Source: Dehalococcoidia bacterium (GTDB taxonomy: Bacteria; Chloroflexota; Dehalococcoidia; UBA2979). From it: DNA of 64,000 nucleotides. Positions 1 through 9,460 of this stretch are shown piece by piece. A model generated the notes under the pieces. It saw only the letters and a list, made by a program, of their open reading frames with translations, had not been told where the DNA came from and made no database searches. Both the position numbers and the translations under genes were made by a program. Position 1 is the stretch's first letter. Each line of letters opens with the position of its first letter. Location: assembly GCA_965219085.1 (NCBI GenBank), contig OZ244720.1, positions 1,760,001 to 1,824,000 on the forward strand, given 5' to 3'.

Positions 1-776
1 AGGAGCGTGGCTGGCAACTCGATCGCGCCTGGCTTGCGATCGCAGCGTTGTTGATGACGTGCGAGATCTGGGACGACGGCAAGTGGCGCAGCTTTCATGA
101 CGCACCCGTGCTTCGGGAATCGAACGAGTATCGCCACACGAAGCGCGGAGCGCCCAGCAAGGCCCTGACCGACGCCGTCCGCGTCAAGGAACGGCTCGCC
201 GCCGAACTCGCGATTCCGAAGCGAGAACTCTGCCCCACGCTCGGCCAGTTCTTCCGCCGCCCGGAGATCGCCCGTCTCCAGCCGAACAACCCGCGCGGAC
301 ACGCATTCCGCTCGCTCGTCGCCGAGACGGTCGCGCGGTTCGGCGATCCCGCGCTCGACGTGATCGAGGCGGTCTCGCCGCGCGACCTCTTTCCCGGCTT
401 CGACCCGCGTGTCCACGGCCGGGACACGCGCATCGACATCGTCGTGCGGCGCGGCGACCGCCCCGTCGCGCTCATCACCACACACTGGACGTACCGCCAC
501 ACGCGCGTGGGGATGCTCCGCGACGGGGAGGCGTACACGCCCGCGGCTCGGCAACTGAACAACAATTGCCGGTTCTTCGGAGTGACAGCCGAATTCGCGA
601 CCGCGCGGCTGAAGAAAGTGATCAGCGAGACATCGCCGATGCGCCGGAACGCCACCATCGACCGGCTCGTACACCTCAACCCCGAGTTACCGGGCGCGCT
701 CCTCGGACGCAGCGATGGGCTGCGCGAGATGTGGTCGCTTGAGCAGATGGTCCGGGACTCGTACAACTGGCGCTGA
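1..776 (+). CDS. PD-(D/E)XK-fold, type II restriction-endonuclease-like protein (5' end lies outside the window)
   Basis: Frame is open back to base 3 (ERGWQLDRAWLAIAALLMTCEIW). RIDIVVRRGDRPVALITTHWTYRHTRV resembles the D..x(n)..ISCKWSxRxDR core of type II REase-like nucleases. Confidence 0.5.
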   Translation, partial: ERGWQLDRAWLAIAALLMTCEIWDDGKWRSFHDAPVLRESNEYRHTKRGAPSKALTDAVRVKERLAAELAIPKRELCPTLGQFFRRPEIARLQPNNPRGHAFRSLVAETVARFGDPALDVIEAVSPRDLFPGFDPRVHGRDTRIDIVVRRGDRPVALITTHWTYRHTRVGMLRDGEAYTPAARQLNNNCRFFGVTAEFATARLKKVISETSPMRRNATIDRLVHLNPELPGALLGRSDGLREMWSLEQMVRDSYNWR

Positions 777-782
777 GGTAGC

Positions 783-876
783 GTGACCACAATCCTCCAG
801 ACCTTCGAAGCCCTCCACCCCACCTCCCGCACCCTCCACCAACGCGCCCGCCGCCCGCGCCTTCTGGCCCTGGCCC
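783..876 (+). pseudogene. Degenerate copy of the 5' end of the aminotransferase gene at 1918
   Basis: 783-854 encodes MTTILQTFEALHPTSRTLHQRARR, matching 1918-1989; 856-876 is identical to 2020-2040. Confidence 0.85.
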
Positions 877-1153
877 CGATCTGCGTGATCAGCCCCATGG
901 CCGCCACGAAGTCGGCGGGCTGCACCTCGCGCACGATCTCATCGCGCTCGCGGCTTACCCGTCGAGGCCAGCGAGCGCCTCCTCGATCGCGGGCGTCGTT
1001 GAGCTTGTTCGCCGGCGTGTCGGCCCCCGCTCGGCGCGGTGTGGGGGGAGCGTAGGAGGGTGTCGGCGAGGGGTGCAGGGGCGTGCCCCGACCCGCCGGG
1101 GGCGGCAGGTCCGCGTGCTACCATCGCCGCGCGAGGACTGAAGGGCAGTAATC

Positions 1154-1462
1154 GTGACCGGCACGGCAGAGCAGGGCTCCAACGGCGAGACCTCCGATCC
1201 CTCGCTCGACGTCGAACGCTGGAGGATGGTCAAGGCCGACCGCGATGCGGCCTGGGAGTACGTGAAGACGTGCCGCGACGAACTCGTCGACAGCTACCCC
1301 GGCGAGGAGATCGCGCTGCACCGCGACCGCATCGTTGCACACGCCGCCGATTCCGCTGACTTTGAACGCCTGGTGGAGGAATACGTGGCGGCATCGGGCG
1401 CGGATCGAAGCAGCCTGCACTTCGAGTACCTCGATCCCGATCCACCGTTCTTCGCGGGCTAG
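1154..1462 (+). CDS. DUF5678-like small acidic protein (putative antitoxin-like partner)
   Basis: ELVDSYPGEEIALHRDRIVAHA matches the DUF5678 pattern; it precedes a retropepsin gene, as is typical for this family. Confidence 0.65.
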   Translation: MTGTAEQGSNGETSDPSLDVERWRMVKADRDAAWEYVKTCRDELVDSYPGEEIALHRDRIVAHAADSADFERLVEEYVAASGADRSSLHFEYLDPDPPFFAG

Positions 1463-1481
1463 ACTCCCGCAGGCGCCGACC

Positions 1482-1889
1482 ATCTTTGGGTTCCGCGACG
1501 CCGCAGGCCGCCCGCGTGTTCGTGCGCGAGTGAGGCTGCCCGGCTTCCGCGAAGAGGCGGCCATCGACTTCGTCGTCGACACTGGCGCCGACCGGACACT
1601 CATCCATGGGCGTGACCGTTCGCGGTTCGGTACCGAGCGCGTCCGCACGGGGTCGGGCCTCACTCCCCGCGCGCGCGTATCCGGGATCAGCGGCACTTCC
1701 CTCGCGTATGCGGTCGAGGAGGCCGAGTATGTCTTCGAGGAGGCGGATGGCGCGCTCTGGGCGCTCCCAGGTCGTGCGCATATTGCCCTGGACCCCGCCG
1801 CACGAGGAGTGCCTTCGCTGCTCGGCCGCGATCTGCTGGACCTGATGTTGTTCTGTATCTCCGATCGCGAGATCACGCTGGACTGGTAA
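1482..1889 (+). CDS. Retropepsin-like (clan AA) aspartyl protease; start uncertain
   Basis: FVVDTGADRTLI catalytic motif and C-terminal LLGRDLL. The expected N-terminus (IFGFRDAAGRP) begins at ATC 1482. Confidence 0.75.
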   Translation: MFGFRDAAGRPRVRARVRLPGFREEAAIDFVVDTGADRTLIHGRDRSRFGTERVRTGSGLTPRARVSGISGTSLAYAVEEAEYVFEEADGALWALPGRAHIALDPAARGVPSLLGRDLLDLMLFCISDREITLDW

Positions 1890-1917
1890 CGACCGACCGG
1901 AGGGAGCGAGGGCTACA

Positions 1918-3267
1918 GTGACGACGATTCTCCAGACCTTCGAGGCCCTCCACCCCACCTCCCACACCCTCCACGAACGCGCGCGCCGCGTCTTCCCCTC
2001 CGGCGTCACCCACGACATTCGCGCCTTCTGGCCCTGGCCCGTCTACGTCGAGCGCGCCGAGGGGGCGCGCAAGTGGGACGTCGACGGGAACGAGTACGTC
2101 GACTACATCGGCGGGCACGGGGCGCTGCTGCTGGGGCACAACCGGCCCGAGGTGATCGAGGCCGTGCAGGGGGCGCTCGCGCTCGGCTCGCACTTCGGCT
2201 CCTCGCACGAGCTCGAGGTCGAGTGGGGCGAGCAGGTGCTGCGCATGGTGCCGTGCGGCGAACGCGTGCGCTTCACCTCCTCGGGCACCGAGGCGACGAT
2301 GATGGCGCTGCGGCTGGCGCGCGCCTTCACCGGCCGCCACCGCGTCGTGAAACTGCAGGAGCACTTCCACGGCTGGCACGACCTCGCCGTCGGCCACCCC
2401 GGCGTCGACGAGGCCCGGCCCGAGTCGGTCGGCGTCCCGCCGGGGTTCTACGAGGACCTGACGATCGTGCCGGCGGGCGATGTCGACGCGCTCGAGGAGG
2501 CGCTGGCGCCCCGCGACGTGGCGGCGGTGATCTTCGAGCCGACGGGCGCGCACTGGGGCACGCACCCCCTCGCCCCCTCGTACCTCTCCGCGGCGCGCGA
2601 GGCGACGAGCGCGGCCGGCACGGCGCTGATCTTCGACGAGGTGATCACGGGGTTCCGGATGGCGCCGGGCGGCGCCTCGGAGCGCTACGGCGTGACGCCG
2701 GACCTCTCGACCCACGCCAAGATCCTCGCCGGCGGCCTGCCGGGCGGGTGCGTGACCGGCCGCACCGAGTTCATCGAGATGATCGAGATGCGCGAGGACG
2801 ACGCGGCGTGGAACGCGCGCCGCCGCGTGTCGCACCAGGGCACGTACAACGCGCAGCCGCCCGCGGCCGCGGCGGGCATCGCCGCGCTCCGCATCATCGA
2901 GGCCGGCGGGGAGGTCGAGCGCGCCGACGCCACAACGGCCGAGCTGGTGCGCGGGCTGAACGCGCTGTTCGAGCAGCGCTCGGCGCCGGGTTCGGCGTGG
3001 GGTGTCTCGTCGATGTGGCACCTCAACCTCGGCTCCGGCGCGCCCCGTCCGTCCGACGTGGAGTGGGACGCAGCCGAGGAGCCGCGCGGCGTGGACGCCA
3101 CGCTCGTGCTACCGCTCAAGCAGGCACTGCTCAACCACGGCGTCGACCTGATGGGGACGGGTGGGATGGTCTCGTCGGCGCACGGCAGCGCCGAGGTCGC
3201 CGGCACCATCGAGGCGTTCGCCGCGGCGATCGATGACCTGCGGTCCGAGGGTCTGCTGGACCAGTAG
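1918..3267 (+). CDS. Class III PLP aminotransferase (glutamate-1-semialdehyde aminomutase-like)
   Basis: DVDGNEYVDY, SGTEA, FHGWHD, LIFDEVITGFR, PLP lysine in THAKILAGGLP, GTYN. Confidence 0.9.
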   Translation: MTTILQTFEALHPTSHTLHERARRVFPSGVTHDIRAFWPWPVYVERAEGARKWDVDGNEYVDYIGGHGALLLGHNRPEVIEAVQGALALGSHFGSSHELEVEWGEQVLRMVPCGERVRFTSSGTEATMMALRLARAFTGRHRVVKLQEHFHGWHDLAVGHPGVDEARPESVGVPPGFYEDLTIVPAGDVDALEEALAPRDVAAVIFEPTGAHWGTHPLAPSYLSAAREATSAAGTALIFDEVITGFRMAPGGASERYGVTPDLSTHAKILAGGLPGGCVTGRTEFIEMIEMREDDAAWNARRRVSHQGTYNAQPPAAAAGIAALRIIEAGGEVERADATTAELVRGLNALFEQRSAPGSAWGVSSMWHLNLGSGAPRPSDVEWDAAEEPRGVDATLVLPLKQALLNHGVDLMGTGGMVSSAHGSAEVAGTIEAFAAAIDDLRSEGLLDQ

Positions 3268-3316
3268 CGCACGCTCGCGCCCCGTCGCGACGATGCCGGT
3301 GTCTCCCGGACGCACT

Positions 3317-3343
3317 CACACGTTATCCACAACGTGTGGACAC
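3317..3343. promoter_or_regulatory. Perfect DnaA box TTATCCACA (3323-3331) plus inverted 7/9 box TGTGGACAC (3335-3343)
   Basis: Direct match to the consensus; also inverted repeat CACACGTT (3317-3324) / AACGTGTG (3331-3338); intergenic. Confidence 0.55.
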
Positions 3344-3451
3344 TAAGTACCCGGACGCGTAGAACTCCACACCGTTGCGCGTTCTGCAGGGTTCGCGCCG
3401 GTAGTCTCGGCCGCGCGCTCCGCCGACACGCGCTCGGGCCGTCAGGATCGA

Positions 3452-4240
3452 ATGGTTGCTTCCCAGGTCTGGAGGCCGGGTCACCCCGGCCAACTCGTCC
3501 TCGCCGTCATTGCGTTCCTCGTTGCCGTGGCTGCGGTGTGGCATGGCACGCTGTCCCCGGTCGAGCCGCGCTCGGTCACCCGGTCCGAGGATGCGGGTGC
3601 GCAAAACTCGCTTGAGGCGGTGCGGTCGTTGATGATTCGCACCCCCGGCAGGGGCGCGCTCCCGCGTGCATCCCGCCTGACTCCCGCGGCGGAACCAGTG
3701 GCGGTACGAGCCGCCGCCGCCACACCACAGGTGTTCGGTCCGGCCGCAGACCCATCGTCGCAGACGGCGGTCACCGCGGCCGACGTGCGAACCGTCGCGC
3801 TTCCGAAGCCGCTCGCGCCTCCGCTCTTCGAAGCGAGGTCGGCGAGCGGTGCAGCCGCTGAGTCGCCGGGCCGCGAGAGCCTCGCGACGGCCGTGCATTC
3901 GACGGCGACTCCCGAACTGGGCCCCGGCGACCGCGTGGTCGCGACCGTGAGCTTCTACTACTGTGCCTCGGGCTCGGGTCCGTCGGGCGACGGCGGGTCG
4001 TGGTGTGGGGTCATGCGCGACGGCAAGGTCGTCTATCCGGGCGCCGCGGCGTGCGACTATGCCTATATCGGGCAGCAGTTCCGCATCGAGGGCGACCCGT
4101 CGGGCCGCGTGTACACCTGCAACGACACGGGGGGCGCGGTGCATGGGTTGCACCGCGACATCTGGTTCCGGACGAACGACGAGGGCTGGCGCTGGCAGCG
4201 AGAAATAGGGCGGCGTGTTGTCATCGAGATCGTGAACTAG
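3452..4240 (+). CDS. Exported protein with C-terminal 3D (MltA-like double-psi barrel) domain
   Basis: N-terminal hydrophobic segment, Ala/Pro linker, then VSFYYC..GAAACD..YTCNDTGGAVHGLHRDIWF. Confidence 0.7.
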   Translation: MVASQVWRPGHPGQLVLAVIAFLVAVAAVWHGTLSPVEPRSVTRSEDAGAQNSLEAVRSLMIRTPGRGALPRASRLTPAAEPVAVRAAAATPQVFGPAADPSSQTAVTAADVRTVALPKPLAPPLFEARSASGAAAESPGRESLATAVHSTATPELGPGDRVVATVSFYYCASGSGPSGDGGSWCGVMRDGKVVYPGAAACDYAYIGQQFRIEGDPSGRVYTCNDTGGAVHGLHRDIWFRTNDEGWRWQREIGRRVVIEIVN

Positions 4241-4379
4241 CAGGTTTCGTCGCTGCTTGTGCTTGTGCGCACAGGGGCAAACTCGTTAATCTGATTACAT
4301 CGCATGCCCACAGCACGCGTCGATGCGAAGGCACGACGCGCTCGGCCGCTCCCACCGCGACGAAAGGGCGGCTCCAGCG

Positions 4380-5144
4380 ATGCGGAACGATCCGCAAGCG
4401 CCACTACCACGTGCGGAGGTCGGGAAGCGGTTGCGTGAGATTCGCCGCGAGAGTGGTCTCACACAGTCACAGCTTTCGCGAGCAGCCAGGATCGGACAGG
4501 CCTCACTCTCAAACTACGAGCACGGTAAACGCGACCTGCCCCTGGCGACCGTTGTGCGTTTGACCGGCGCGCTGGGAATCTCAATCAGCGACCTGTTGGA
4601 AGTGCCCGGGATCATGGTCATTCGCGATGCCGGGATGGGTCGGGCCGTGCGTGTGCTCGCCCAGTCGCCGGAGTTACTCGACTCGATCGTTGAGCCGGTG
4701 CAGGACACTGACGCGGAAGAGCAGGACGCTGACGCGGAAGAGCAGGACGCTGCTACGGAAGAGCAGGACGCTGCTACGGAAGAGCAGGACGCTGCTACGG
4801 AAGAGCAGGACGCTGCTACGGAAGAGCAGGACGCTGCTACGGAAGAGCAGGACGCTGCTACGGAAGAGCAGGACGCTGCTACGGAAGAGCAGGACGCTGC
4901 TACGGAAGAGCAGGACGCTGCTACGGAAGAGCAGGACGCTGCTACGGAAGAGCAGGACGCTGCTACGGAAGAGCAGGACGCTGCTACGGAAGAGCAGGAC
5001 GCTGCTACGGAAGAGCAGGACGCTGCTACGGAAGAGCAGGACGCTGCTACGGAAGAGCAGGACGCTGCTACGGAAGAGCAGGACGCTGGTACGGAAGAGC
5101 AGGACGCTGGTACGCAAGAGCAGGACGCCGGTACGCAAGAGTAA
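4380..5144 (+). CDS. XRE-family HTH regulator with long acidic (QDAATEE)n tail
   Basis: VGKRLREIRRESGLTQSQLSRAARIGQASLSNYEHGKRDLP HTH; start could be 4323 or 4380. Confidence 0.8.
   Translation: MRNDPQAPLPRAEVGKRLREIRRESGLTQSQLSRAARIGQASLSNYEHGKRDLPLATVVRLTGALGISISDLLEVPGIMVIRDAGMGRAVRVLAQSPELLDSIVEPVQDTDAEEQDADAEEQDAATEEQDAATEEQDAATEEQDAATEEQDAATEEQDAATEEQDAATEEQDAATEEQDAATEEQDAATEEQDAATEEQDAATEEQDAATEEQDAATEEQDAATEEQDAATEEQDAGTEEQDAGTQEQDAGTQE
4701..5141 (+). repeat. Tandem repeat, 21 copies of a 21-bp unit (CAGGACGCTGCTACGGAAGAG); central 16 identical
   Basis: Counted directly: 441 bp; 2 degenerate copies at the start and 3 at the end. Confidence 0.95.
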
Positions 5145-5199
5145 GTGCGGGCAATCATCGCTGGGTTGCGATGCGCGCAACGAAGGGGCAAACAAAACC

Positions 5200-5538
5200 A
5201 TGGGGGAGTCTCAGACCATGAGCCGCCGTATTGAGGTTGGGCGGCGGCTGCGCGCGGAGCGCCACCGGCGCGGCCTCTCGCAGTCCAAGGTCTCACGGTC
5301 AGCGGGCATCACGCAGGCGTCCCTCTCGAACTACGAGACGGGTAAGCGCGAGCTCCCCCTGTCCACCGTCCTGAATCTGGCCGCCGCGCTCGACGTGTCC
5401 CTCGGCGACCTGATGGAAATCCCCGATGTCATCGTGCTGCGCGACTCCCGGCTCGCCGACGCGGTGCGGGCGCTCACCGACTCGCCGGAGTTGCTGGAGT
5501 CGGTGATCAGCAGCGAGGCCGTCGGCGCGGCCTCGTAG
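5200..5538 (+). CDS. XRE-family HTH regulator, paralog of the upstream gene
   Basis: VGRRLRAERHRRGLSQSKVSRSAGITQASLSNYETGKRELP; ATG at 5200 or 5218. Confidence 0.85.
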   Translation: MGESQTMSRRIEVGRRLRAERHRRGLSQSKVSRSAGITQASLSNYETGKRELPLSTVLNLAAALDVSLGDLMEIPDVIVLRDSRLADAVRALTDSPELLESVISSEAVGAAS

Positions 5539-5748
5539 CGACTCTCCCGACCCAGGACCCATGAGCGACTGAGTCCGAGCCGCCACTGGGCGGCGTGGCG
5601 GACCACGTTCGCCGCGCACCCGTATACTATCTGCGTCCCGGCGGGTCCCGAACGGATCGATCGCTGCCGCGGCTGACGCCCGTGGCAGGTTGGAGCCGCA
5701 GCGCGACCTCGCCGCCGTGGCCGTCGCATGTGAAGCAAGGAGGCGGCA

Positions 5749-7149
5749 TTGGCTAGCGATCACCCGACCACCCTCGGAGCGTTGCGCCAGTCCGGCTACC
5801 GCGTCCGGCCGGTCCGCGAAGAGGTGCGCGCGAACCTCATCGAGGCCCTGCGCACCGGCGTCGACATGTTCCCCCACATCCAGGGCTACAGCGACACCGT
5901 CATCCCGCACCTTGAGAACGCCATCCTCTCCGGCCACGACATCATCCTGCTCGGCGAACGAGGCCAGGCGAAGTCGCGGCTGATCCGCAGCCTGATCGCG
6001 CTGCTCGACGAATGGGTGCCCGTCATTGGCGGCGCCGAGATCCCGGAGAACCCCTTCGCTCCCATCAGCGAGCAGGCCCGCCAGATCGTCCAGGAGCACG
6101 GCGAAGACACCCCCATCGAGTGGGTGCATCGCGATGACCGCTACGGCGAGAAGCTCGCCACCCCCGACATCACCATCGCAGACCTGATCGGCGAGGTGGA
6201 CCCGATCAAGGTCGCCGAGGGCCGCTACCTGGGCGACCAGCTCACCATCCACTACGGCCTGATCCCGCGCACCAACCGCGGCATCTTCGCCATCAACGAG
6301 TTGCCGGACCTCGCCGAGCGCATCCAGGTCGGCCTGCTCAACGTCATGGAGGAGCGCGACGTCCAGATCCGCGGCCACAAGATCCGGCTTGAGCTGGACG
6401 TCTTCATCCTCGCCACCGCCAACCCCGAGGACTACACGAACCGCGGCCGCATCATCACGCCGCTCAAGGACCGCTACGGCTCCCAGATCCGCACCCACTA
6501 CCCGCGCACCATCGACGACGAGCTCGAGATCGTGCAGCAGGAGCGCGCGCACCTCGACATGGCGGGCAAGAACGCGGTCGTGCCGCGCTACATGGAGGAG
6601 ATCATCGCCGAGATCACGCGGCTCGCGCGCCGCTCGCCGGACGTGAACCAGCGCTCGGGCGTCTCGGTCCGCGCCTCGATCTCCAACTACGAGGCGATGC
6701 TGGCGAACGCACTGCGGCGCGCCATCCGCCTCGACGAGCCCGACGCCGTGCCGCGCATCTCCGACCTCAGCTTCCTGCGCGCCTCGCTCGAAGGCAAGGT
6801 CGAGCTTGAGACGGTCGACGAGGGGCGTGAGGACCAGATCATCGATCGGCTCATCCAGGGCGCCGTCGTCGCGGTCTTCAACCGCCACTGCTCCATTACC
6901 GATATGGAGCCGCTGATCGAGGAGTTCAAGACCGGCGCCAGCGCCGAGGTCGGCGAAGACGCCGGCGTCGCGGTATACGACGAGCTCGTGGGCCGCATCG
7001 ACTCGCTGGCGGACGCCATCGCGGACATCCGCTCGAACGGCTCGGCGGCCGAGCAGGCCGCCGCAGTCGAGTTCGTGCTGGAGGGCCTGCACCTCAACAA
7101 GCGACTGAACAAGGACGCTGTCGGCGGAGGCGCGCACTACCGGGGGTAG
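5749..7149 (+). CDS. AAA+ ATPase, Mg-chelatase subunit I / MoxR-like
   Basis: Walker A GERGQAKS, FAINELPDL, ATANPEDYTNRGRIITPLKDR. Confidence 0.85.
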   Translation: MASDHPTTLGALRQSGYRVRPVREEVRANLIEALRTGVDMFPHIQGYSDTVIPHLENAILSGHDIILLGERGQAKSRLIRSLIALLDEWVPVIGGAEIPENPFAPISEQARQIVQEHGEDTPIEWVHRDDRYGEKLATPDITIADLIGEVDPIKVAEGRYLGDQLTIHYGLIPRTNRGIFAINELPDLAERIQVGLLNVMEERDVQIRGHKIRLELDVFILATANPEDYTNRGRIITPLKDRYGSQIRTHYPRTIDDELEIVQQERAHLDMAGKNAVVPRYMEEIIAEITRLARRSPDVNQRSGVSVRASISNYEAMLANALRRAIRLDEPDAVPRISDLSFLRASLEGKVELETVDEGREDQIIDRLIQGAVVAVFNRHCSITDMEPLIEEFKTGASAEVGEDAGVAVYDELVGRIDSLADAIADIRSNGSAAEQAAAVEFVLEGLHLNKRLNKDAVGGGAHYRG

Positions 7150-7152
7150 CAC

Positions 7153-9396
7153 ATGCCATTCACGATTCGCTACTCCGCCTGGGACGGCACCCAGGAGATC
7201 GGCGACCTCGAGGCCGGCGACATCCTCGAAGCCCTCTCCGACGACCTGATGAACTTCGGCGACCTCCAGCACGCGCTGCGCAACCTCATGCAGCGCGGCA
7301 TGCGCGGCCCCCACGGCATGCGCACGCCCGGCCTGCGTGACCTGCTCCACCAGCTCCGGCAGCAGCGCCGCGAGCGCCTGGACCAGTTCGACCTCGGCGG
7401 GGTGATGGAAGACATCGCACGCCAGCTCGAGGAGATCCTGGACCTCGAACGATCCACGCTCGACGACCGCATGGAGGAGGCCGGCGGCCCCCGCGAACCG
7501 CAGCCCCAAGCCGAGGGCCAGGAGCCCGAGGGCGAGCAGCCCGGCGCCGCGGGCGAGCAGCAAGGCGCCGACGGCGACGAGGCCTCCGGCCTCGCGGGCG
7601 GCGGCGAACAGGACGGCGGCGGCGAACAAGACGGCGAGATGGCCGCGCAGCAGTCCTCGGGCGGCGCGTCAGGCGGGCAGCAGGGCGGCGGCCAGCCCGG
7701 TGCTGCGCAGCCCGGTCAGTCCGAGGGCGGTGAGGAGGACTTCTCCGACATGCTGCGCCGCATCGTCGAGCGCAAGCAGGACTTCCTCGAGCAGTTGCCC
7801 CCGGAGCCCGCCGGGCAGGTGAAGGAGCTCCAGAACTACGAGTTCCTGAACCCGGAGGCGCAGGAGAAGTTCCAGCAGCTCGTCGACCAGCTCAAGCAGG
7901 CGATGACCGAGTCGTTCTTCAACGACGTCCAGAAGATGGTCGAGGAGATGTCCGAGGGCGACATCGAGCGCATGAAGGACATGCTGCGCGACCTCAACGA
8001 CATGCTTATCCAGCGCATGCGCGGCGAGCAGCCGGACTTCGACTCGTTCATGGAGAAGTACGGCGACATGTTCGGGGACAACCCCCCGCAGTCGCTCGAC
8101 GAGCTCATCGCCCAGATGCAGGCGCAGACGCAGGCGATGCAGTCGCTCATGGAGTCGCTGCCCTCGAACCAGCGCCAGCAACTGCAGTCGCTCATGGCGG
8201 ACAAGCTGGGCGACCCGGAGCTCGAGGGCGAGCTGAGCCAGCTCGCCGCGAACCTCGAATACCTCAACCCCGGCGCCGAGCGCGCTCCCGGCTACCCCTT
8301 CCGCGGCGACGAGGAGATCGACCTCCAGGCCGCGATGCAGCTCATGTCGGAGATGCAGGACATCGACGGCCTCGAGCGCCAGCTCGAACGCGCGCAGTAC
8401 GACGGCGAACTCGACGGCATCGACCTCGACCAGCTGCGCGAGCTGCTCGGCGACGACGCGTCCGACGCGATCGACCAGCTCGGGGACCTGCTCGACATCC
8501 TCGAGCAGGCGGGCTACATCCGGCGCGACGGGGACACCTGGGAGCTGACGCCGCGCGGCACGCGGATGATCGGCCAGCGCGCGCTCGCCGAGATCTACGC
8601 GCAGCTCAAGCGCCAGGGCATCGGCAACCACCCCGTGCCCGAGTCCGGCCGGTACGGCGAGCGCATGGACGACTCCAAGGAGTACGAGTTCGGCGACCCC
8701 TTCCACCTCGACATGGGCCGCACGCTGATGAACGCCGTCGAGCGCGAAGGGCCGCAGACGCCGGTGCGCCTCATGCCCGACGACTTCGAGGTCTTCCGCT
8801 CGGAGTTGCTCACCCAGACGGCCACCGTGGTGATGGTCGACCTCTCATGGTCGATGGCGCTGCGGGGCTCGTTCCAGTCGGCGAAGAAGGTGGCGCTCGC
8901 GCTGCACAACCTGATCAAGGCGCAGTACCCGCGCGACCAACTCTACATCCTCGGGTTCTCCGCGTACGCGCGGCAACTCGAGATCTCCGAGCTGCCGTAC
9001 GTGCGCTGGGACGAGTCGGTGCTGGGCACGAACATGCACCACGCGCTGATGCTCGCGCGGCGGCTGCTCGCGAAGCACACCGGCACGCGCCAGATCATCA
9101 TGATCTCGGACGGGGAGCCCACGGCGCACCTCGAACGCGGGCGCTCGCAGTTCTCGTACCCGCCGAGCCCGACGACGATCCGCGAGACCCTCAAGGAGGT
9201 GCAGCGCTGCACCCGCGAGGGGATCACGATCAACACGTTCATGCTGGACCGCAACTACTACCTGAAGGAGTTCGTGAACCAGCTGGCGAAGATCAACAGC
9301 GGCCGCGTCTTCTTCACCACGCCCGACAAGCTCGGCGAGTACATCCTCGTCGACTACGTGCAGCACAAGCGGCAGCACATCGGCCGCAGCGCCTGA
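7153..9396 (+). CDS. VWA-domain protein, partner of the AAA ATPase
   Basis: MIDAS motif DLSWSM, GTNMHHAL, ISDGEPTAH; starts 3 bp after the ATPase stop. Confidence 0.85.
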   Translation: MPFTIRYSAWDGTQEIGDLEAGDILEALSDDLMNFGDLQHALRNLMQRGMRGPHGMRTPGLRDLLHQLRQQRRERLDQFDLGGVMEDIARQLEEILDLERSTLDDRMEEAGGPREPQPQAEGQEPEGEQPGAAGEQQGADGDEASGLAGGGEQDGGGEQDGEMAAQQSSGGASGGQQGGGQPGAAQPGQSEGGEEDFSDMLRRIVERKQDFLEQLPPEPAGQVKELQNYEFLNPEAQEKFQQLVDQLKQAMTESFFNDVQKMVEEMSEGDIERMKDMLRDLNDMLIQRMRGEQPDFDSFMEKYGDMFGDNPPQSLDELIAQMQAQTQAMQSLMESLPSNQRQQLQSLMADKLGDPELEGELSQLAANLEYLNPGAERAPGYPFRGDEEIDLQAAMQLMSEMQDIDGLERQLERAQYDGELDGIDLDQLRELLGDDASDAIDQLGDLLDILEQAGYIRRDGDTWELTPRGTRMIGQRALAEIYAQLKRQGIGNHPVPESGRYGERMDDSKEYEFGDPFHLDMGRTLMNAVEREGPQTPVRLMPDDFEVFRSELLTQTATVVMVDLSWSMALRGSFQSAKKVALALHNLIKAQYPRDQLYILGFSAYARQLEISELPYVRWDESVLGTNMHHALMLARRLLAKHTGTRQIIMISDGEPTAHLERGRSQFSYPPSPTTIRETLKEVQRCTREGITINTFMLDRNYYLKEFVNQLAKINSGRVFFTTPDKLGEYILVDYVQHKRQHIGRSA

Positions 9397-9460
9397 CGGC
9401 GCGCCGCCGTCCGCGTCCCGCCGCGGCCGACGAGCCGGGGCTTGCCGACAGGGACCGCCG

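Noticed and set aside
3317-3450. Chromosomal origin (oriC)
   Set aside because: Only two boxes, no clear AT-rich unwinding element and no dnaA/dnaN; recF is 10 kb away and isolated.
4701-5141. Possible CRISPR array
   Set aside because: Units are head-to-tail with no unique spacers, the length is a multiple of 3 within a CDS, and no cas genes are present.
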